A stretch of 64,000 nucleotides of DNA, from assembly GCF_009914755.1 (NCBI RefSeq), contig NC_060937.1. One strand, written 5' to 3'. The notes under the pieces were generated by a model that did not search any database, was not told where the DNA came from, and saw nothing but the letters and a program-made list of their open reading frames with translations. A program made the position numbers and the translations under genes. Positions 57,984 to 64,000 of this stretch are shown one piece after another. The stretch comes from the human T2T-CHM13v2.0 reference genome, Homo sapiens. Within the stretch, counting starts at the first letter, position 1. Every line of letters starts with the position of its first letter.

Positions 57984-58984
57984 TGGAGTTATAGTTATCT
58001 AGACAAATATTAAAGTGTCTGAGTTATTTATTTGGCAAACTGTTTTTCACTTGTGACACAGGTTTGCTAAGAGTCTCCCTCTTTTTCCCCCGCCAAGAAC
58101 TCATTTTATTTGTTATCAACAGTGTTTAAAACCTGTAGCTAAAAGACATCTTGGAAATTGTAATGTAATGATAATTAATGCATAGAAGTCCATTTGGGAG
58201 CATGTTAGATACGTAATCATTACTTACAATTGCACGTCATTCTGAAATTTCTCACTTCTTTGAATAACCATTGTCGACAGAAAAATCTCTACACTCAAAG
58301 ATCTTTTAAACCTATATATCAGTCTACTGAAATGAGGGGAAGGAAATGAGAGGGAACAGCTGTAAATCATGTGTTTATTGATACAAAAAATTACACACAC
58401 ATATACGCACACATACAGAGCCTTACTGAGTTTATTGGATTTCTTATCAATTCTTTTTCAATTGTTTCTATACTGACTAGATCAACTATTGAGCAGGTTC
58501 ATTCATTAAAACACCTGGAAACAATGGACTAGCTGTATTCTGCAAGCAGACTAGAGGGTGGCTTGCATTTGAGCTAGGCCCAAGAAATGTAGGAATGTTT
58601 GCTTCTAAATGCTCTAGATGAACTTGAAGTAGACTGTCCCACAGGCCCACTTATGGTGCATGTGAATTTGTGAATGTTTTGTGATTTAATGGTACAACAT
58701 TTTCCCTAAAGAAGCAAGTCCCAGAAAACAGGAGCAAAACAACTTTTAGTGCAACCTCATGACTATGCAGTAATTCCAGCCCCATTAACTTTAGAGCTTC
58801 TGATACTACTAACCAACAAAACTACCCCACTTTTTTATGAAAAATTCAAAAATTTGCTTCAAGAACAGGAAATATTCTTGAGGGGGGCTGCAGAAAAGTA
58901 CAATTTTATAATATAAAGTGGGTATCATGGTAAACATTTAAATTTAATTAAGCAAAAGTGTGAGGTCAATTACATCAAATGTGT

Positions 58985-59587
58985 TCTGAGTTTGTCTTCA
59001 ATACCCTCTTGTCTCTCATTCATTAATCTCATCTCAGCCCCTCTCTGTCTTGGGCCACATTCCATGTAATTGTGGCAAAGGCAGTTAGAAGGCTATTAAT
59101 TCCATTATGGTTTATATGACTGTTCTTTTATACATAAATAAAGTTAACAGAATGAGATAACTTTTATCTCATTCTCTCCCTTTCATCCTTCAATTAAACT
59201 TGCTGCAAGGCAAGAAAATGGATAGAATAGCTTATTTCTATTCCCTCTGAGTATGCCAATTAATGTAATGTGAGTGTAAACAGTAATCCTGCTATACACT
59301 CATATACTTCCATTCTGAGTTACAGAGGAAATAGGTGTCTAACAAGTATCATGTAAACTGAGACTGGAAGAGAGGCAAGGGAATATATAAAAAATGGAAG
59401 GAAAAGAAAGACCAACATCTGTTAACTTTATTTATGTATAAAAGAATAGTTAGCCATAAAAACATAATGCCATTAATAGCCTTCTAAATGCCTTTGCCAC
59501 AATTCTGTGGAATGTGGCCCAAGACAGAGAGGGGCTGAGATAAGATTAAAGAATGAGAGACAAGAGGGTATCAAAGACAAACTCAGA
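58985..59587. repeat. Long inverted repeat: arms 58985-59151 and 59418-59587, 266-bp loop
   Basis: Manual alignment about 90% identical over ~170 bp; no TE family recognised. Confidence 0.95.
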
Positions 59588-61429
59588 GGAATGAATGAGG
59601 CTGTGTATAAAAGAGCATCAGCACTTCCCAGACGTTATGAAAAGTGTCATTTGTGAGGAGCACTATATTTTTTCATATGGGCAAATCAACAAACCAAGTG
59701 CATTTGAGGAATTCTTTAAGGTGGGTCTGTGGATATCCCAAGGACATTAATTTTCCAGATTATCCCACTGCTTTCTTCATGTTTGGGATTACAGCATCAG
59801 GCTTAGTGTACCTCTTCCCCTCTCCTCCCTCCATCTGCACTACCCCCGCCACACACACACACGGCGCCAAGCTTTGCTGTTCTCCTGTACTCTTGAGCTC
59901 CATTCAGAGCTGGAATACAGGTGCAGGGAGGCAGGGGTCTTTGCAGAACCTCCTCTCTCCCTTTTGTACCAATCTAAGCCAACATTGTCTTCTCCAACTT
60001 GTTTCTAGGATCCCTGTGAATTGGTTTTTCTGCCAGATACCCTTATGCTCCATAGGCATTTTGTAATGGTTTTTTTTAAGGAAAAAGAAAATAAAGCCGT
60101 GATTATTATCAAAGTCTCCACCAAGTCAAGGGGAACAAATTATTGGTACTTCTGTGCCAGGAAAGATTTCTGCCAACCTTGGAAGTGTCTCCTGAATTAT
60201 GACTGCATGCATGGAGCAGATATGAACTTGTCTGCAAAAAGAGAAATTTATAAACTATGGATCAGCTTCAAATACCATTTCTATTGAGCAAAGCAGTAAA
60301 CATGTCACATCCAACAAAGGTAAAGCTCTCTGGTAACACATACTAGGGCTGTGACAGCCTAGACCTTTGGTTCTGGTATGTAGCTAAGTGAAACCAGGAC
60401 TGTGGTAATTTCTTGGCTGTAGAATGGAACACTGGGATCCCTGATGAGGACACCCAGATGATATGGAACACTGCTAGTTGAAGTTCTGCTGAATTAAATG
60501 TGTCTTGAAACTCACGGATCTACAAGATTTGTACTCCTCTCAGATAGATTTACTGCATGAGGATCTGGCACCAGAGCATGAAGGAAAAATGGAAAATGGA
60601 GCCAACTGTTGGAGGGAGTTTTAAGATGTGGAAGATTTGGTTCTTGCAGTCCTATGTTCTGTCAGAAGCAAGTGTCCAGATGGCTTCCTACCCTCCAAAG
60701 GCCTTCATTTAAATCAAGAAATGGAAAACAGCCAAAGAAACCTGAAGATAGTTCCTCAATCAGTGTAAGGCAGGCAGTCAAAAGGATGTAAGATAAGCTG
60801 ATCTGGGAGCTCTTGGAGCTCCCAGGAAATTACAGAATACAGTGAGGAGAGCATCTCAAGACAAGAGAAGGGGACAAGTGCCATCTTGTCACTCCTGTAT
60901 CCAGCTCTAACTAAAAGATCACCAGTATGTCCCCAACTTTTATTCTATAAGAAAATGTGTTTCCACCATCCAGAAATTCATTACTATAGATCATCTAAAA
61001 ATAAGAATTAAAGGAAATAGGAGGGTGAAACAGTTAAGGAAATTCAATGGAGAAAACATCAGATGATGTGACTTTTTTCAGAGTTATAAAAGGACATCCA
61101 CAACCTGTCTTTATGCACGTGTCACACATTACCCAAGGTACTACATGGTCTTAAATTTAAAAAACACAGTCTGACTTTGAAGTGAGAGAGAAAAGGAAAA
61201 GCACTACATGGGAAAATTGAGGAGAAAAGGCCACTCAGAATGGCCCAGGCTGGCCCAGTCATTGTTAGGATGACCATCACAATTATTAATCATTTATTGA
61301 GTGATTGCTACATGATTGTTTTTAACTCAACATCTGCCTAAAATGCACTGATCAATTTAATCCTTAAAATGATTCTTTTCACTTTTTTTGGGTTTAGATA
61401 TTTGCCAAAAAACGTAAGTGACTAACCAC

Positions 61430-63620
61430 ATGACTTAATTCATCAAATATTTATTGAGCTGTTAACCTGTTCTAGGCACTGCTGCTGTACTGAGAATACA
61501 GCTGTGAACAACATCCCTGTCGCTTTCGTTCTAGAGAGGAAAAACAGGTATGTTCATTTCTTATGGCTGCTGCAACAGATTACGGCAAACTGGGTGGCTT
61601 CTAACAATGGAAATGTATTCTCTTATGGTTCTGAAGACCAGAAGCCCCAAATCAAGATGGCCCCAGTGCAGCACTCCCTCTGAAGGCGCTAGAGAATTTG
61701 CTTCTGGCCTCTTTCAGCTTCTGGTAGCTGTCAGCATTCCCTGACTGTGGGCCCGTCACTGTACTCTGTTCCCATGGGCACATTGCTTCCTCCTCTTATG
61801 CCTGTGTTCTCTCCCTTTGCCTTCTTCTTATAAGCACATTTGTGATGGCATTTGGGGTCCACCCAGATAATCCCAAACAATTTCACCACAATATCCCTAA
61901 TGTAATCACATCTGTTACCATCTAAGGTAATATTCACTTTATTGCAATATATGATAATATTCACAGGTCCCTTTGATTAAGATAAACATAACTTTTGGGG
62001 CCACCATTTAGCCACTACAACAGGCAATAAAAACATAAACAAATTCAGGCCATTGTGAGAGCAACAAAGAAAACAAAGCAGGGAATAGGGATAAGAGAGT
62101 AAAAGGGGATGCTATTTTTGCTGAGGGAGCTAGAGAGGGCCTCCCTAATGTGGAGGCTTTGGAGCAGAGACCTCCTTGAAATAGATGAGAAACGTTGTTC
62201 TGGCAGAGGGAAGAGCAAGTGCAAAGGCCATAGGATTAATCGTTGTCATATTTGAAGAGGTGAGTGGTAAAGAGACTCGTGTCTTAGGTGTGTAGTAGGA
62301 GATGGTTCCAAAAGGCAGAATTTGGATTTTATTCTGAGTAAAAAGGGAAGCTATTGGTAGAGCAGAGACATAATTGATCTAACGTTTTTTACTGTGGCTG
62401 ATGTGTGGAGAATAGACTATAGAGAGCAGAGAAATACTATGACCCCTCAGAGAGGTACTGCAATATTCCAGACAGGAGACAATAGTGCCTAGGACCAGAA
62501 TAGTGGCTATGGAAGTAGTGAGAAGTGATCTGATTTGAGACATGTTTTGAAGGTTGACCCAACAGGATTTGCTGATTGAGTGAATTTAGGTGACACTAAT
62601 AGGGAAGTCAAGGATGTCGCTAATGTTTTTTGCCTGTGTGACTGGAAGTATAAGAGCCATAGCCAACTGAAATTTGAAAGATGGCAGAGAAGCAGTCTTG
62701 GGAATCCATAATTCCATTTTGGAATTTGAAATGACTTTCGGCATCCAAGTAGAGATATTCTGTAGTCAGTTGAACACAGAAGTCTGGAGCTCAGGGTGAA
62801 AGACATACATTGGGCATCATTAGTGAATAGCCAGTATTGTAAATCACCAACTAGTAGGTGTAGTTAGAGAAAAGGACCAAAACTGAGCCCCAAAGCACTA
62901 CACAATTAAGAAATCAAGAGATGTGGAAGAACCAGGACAAAGGTCTGGAAAGTAAGCCAGTGAAGAAGTAAAACCATGAAAGTCTGCTGACCTGGAAAAC
63001 AAATAAGAAAGTGACTCAAGGAGGGAATAGTCAGCCGCATCAAAAGCTGATGATAGATCAAGTAATATGAGGATTGTGAATCTACCATGGAATTTATCAG
63101 TGAGACAGTCATCAGGAGTCTTGACAAGAGAAGTTTTGATGGCGTTGTGGGCACAAATCCATTTGGAGTGGATTCAAAAGGGAATTGGACAAAAAGAATT
63201 GTAAGTAACTAATTTGGACAATTATTCCAATGAGTTTTGCTGTTAAGAGGAGCAAAAAAAAACAAAACAGTAGCCAGAGGAATTTTTTTTTGAATTGGAG
63301 ATACTATAACATAATATCATGCTGACTCAATGATATTATGAGAGGCAAAAATTGATAATGCAAGCAAGAGAATGAATGTGAGTGAGAAGGGACAGAGTCC
63401 AGAGCCTTAGTGGCCAACCAGCCTTGCACAGGAGCAGGGCAGCCCTCCTTATAACAGAAACAAACTCAGAGTACCTGTGTACAGATTCAGGGTAGGTAGA
63501 TCTGCTAGGGAGACGAGGAACATGCTCTTCTGATGGCTTCCATTGTCCCTGTGCAATCAGAAGCAAGCTCATCAGCTGAGAATGAGAAGAGTAAACAAGG
63601 GTAAAGTTTGAAAAGGTGTG
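61430..63620. mobile_element. L2 fragments, interrupted by MLT1
   Basis: caaatatttattgag..ttctaggcactg; gttttgaaggttgacccaacaggatttgctgat; aatctaccatggaatttatcag. Confidence 0.7.
61549..62019 (-). mobile_element. MLT1C/D-like solo LTR
   Basis: ggctgctgcaacagattacggcaaactgggtggctt..gccactaca; 5-bp TSD acagg (61544-61548, 62020-62024). Confidence 0.85.
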
Positions 63621-63682
63621 GAAGAGCCTTCAGAGAGTGAATTGTTAAGGCCAGCAGTGAATTATCTAGTGGATTTTCCAGA

Positions 63683-64000
63683 ACAGCGCTATCTCATAGA
63701 AATATAATGCAAACCATCCATGGAATATTAAGTTTTCTAGTACCCATATTGAAAACATGAAAAGAAATAGGTACAATTAATTTTAGTGGTATATTTTACT
63801 TAACCCAACATATTCAAAATATTATCATTTCAACACGTAATCAGTATAAACAGTATCAAGATATTTTAGATTCTTTTTTTTTAGTAATAAGTTTTCAAAA
63901 GCCAGTGTGCATTTTACATTTTCAGCACATCTCAATTCAGATGAGCCACATTTTAAGTGCTCAGTAGCCACGTGCGGCCAGTGCTACCATACTGAACATT
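63683..64000. mobile_element. MER33-like MITE
   Basis: cagcgctatctcatagaaatataatgcaaacc..gtgctcagtagccacgtgcggccagtgctaccatactgaaca. Confidence 0.8.

Overview
Primate (most likely human) genomic DNA, repeat-rich, with no credible cellular protein-coding gene. It holds a full-length but inactivated minus-strand L1PA (11241-17359, 14-bp TSD), eight Alu-family copies, several solo LTRs (MLT2A1, THE1D, MLT1, LTR16), DNA-transposon fossils, old L1M/L2/MIR fragments and a 5S rRNA pseudogene (55937-56056, -). Strong splice sites in the first 7.5 kb suggest a spliced + strand lncRNA, possibly with a 23-codon spliced sORF. The most unusual feature is a set of local fold-back inverted duplications: 3803-4708 (~290-bp arms, ~91% identical, around a probable LTR and nested in an inverted Alu pair), 58985-59587 (~170-bp arms, ~90%), 57620-57770 and 22904-22945. 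Repeat subfamily names come from recalled consensus sequences and need RepeatMasker/Dfam confirmation. Identities are hand counts. The locus could not be named.
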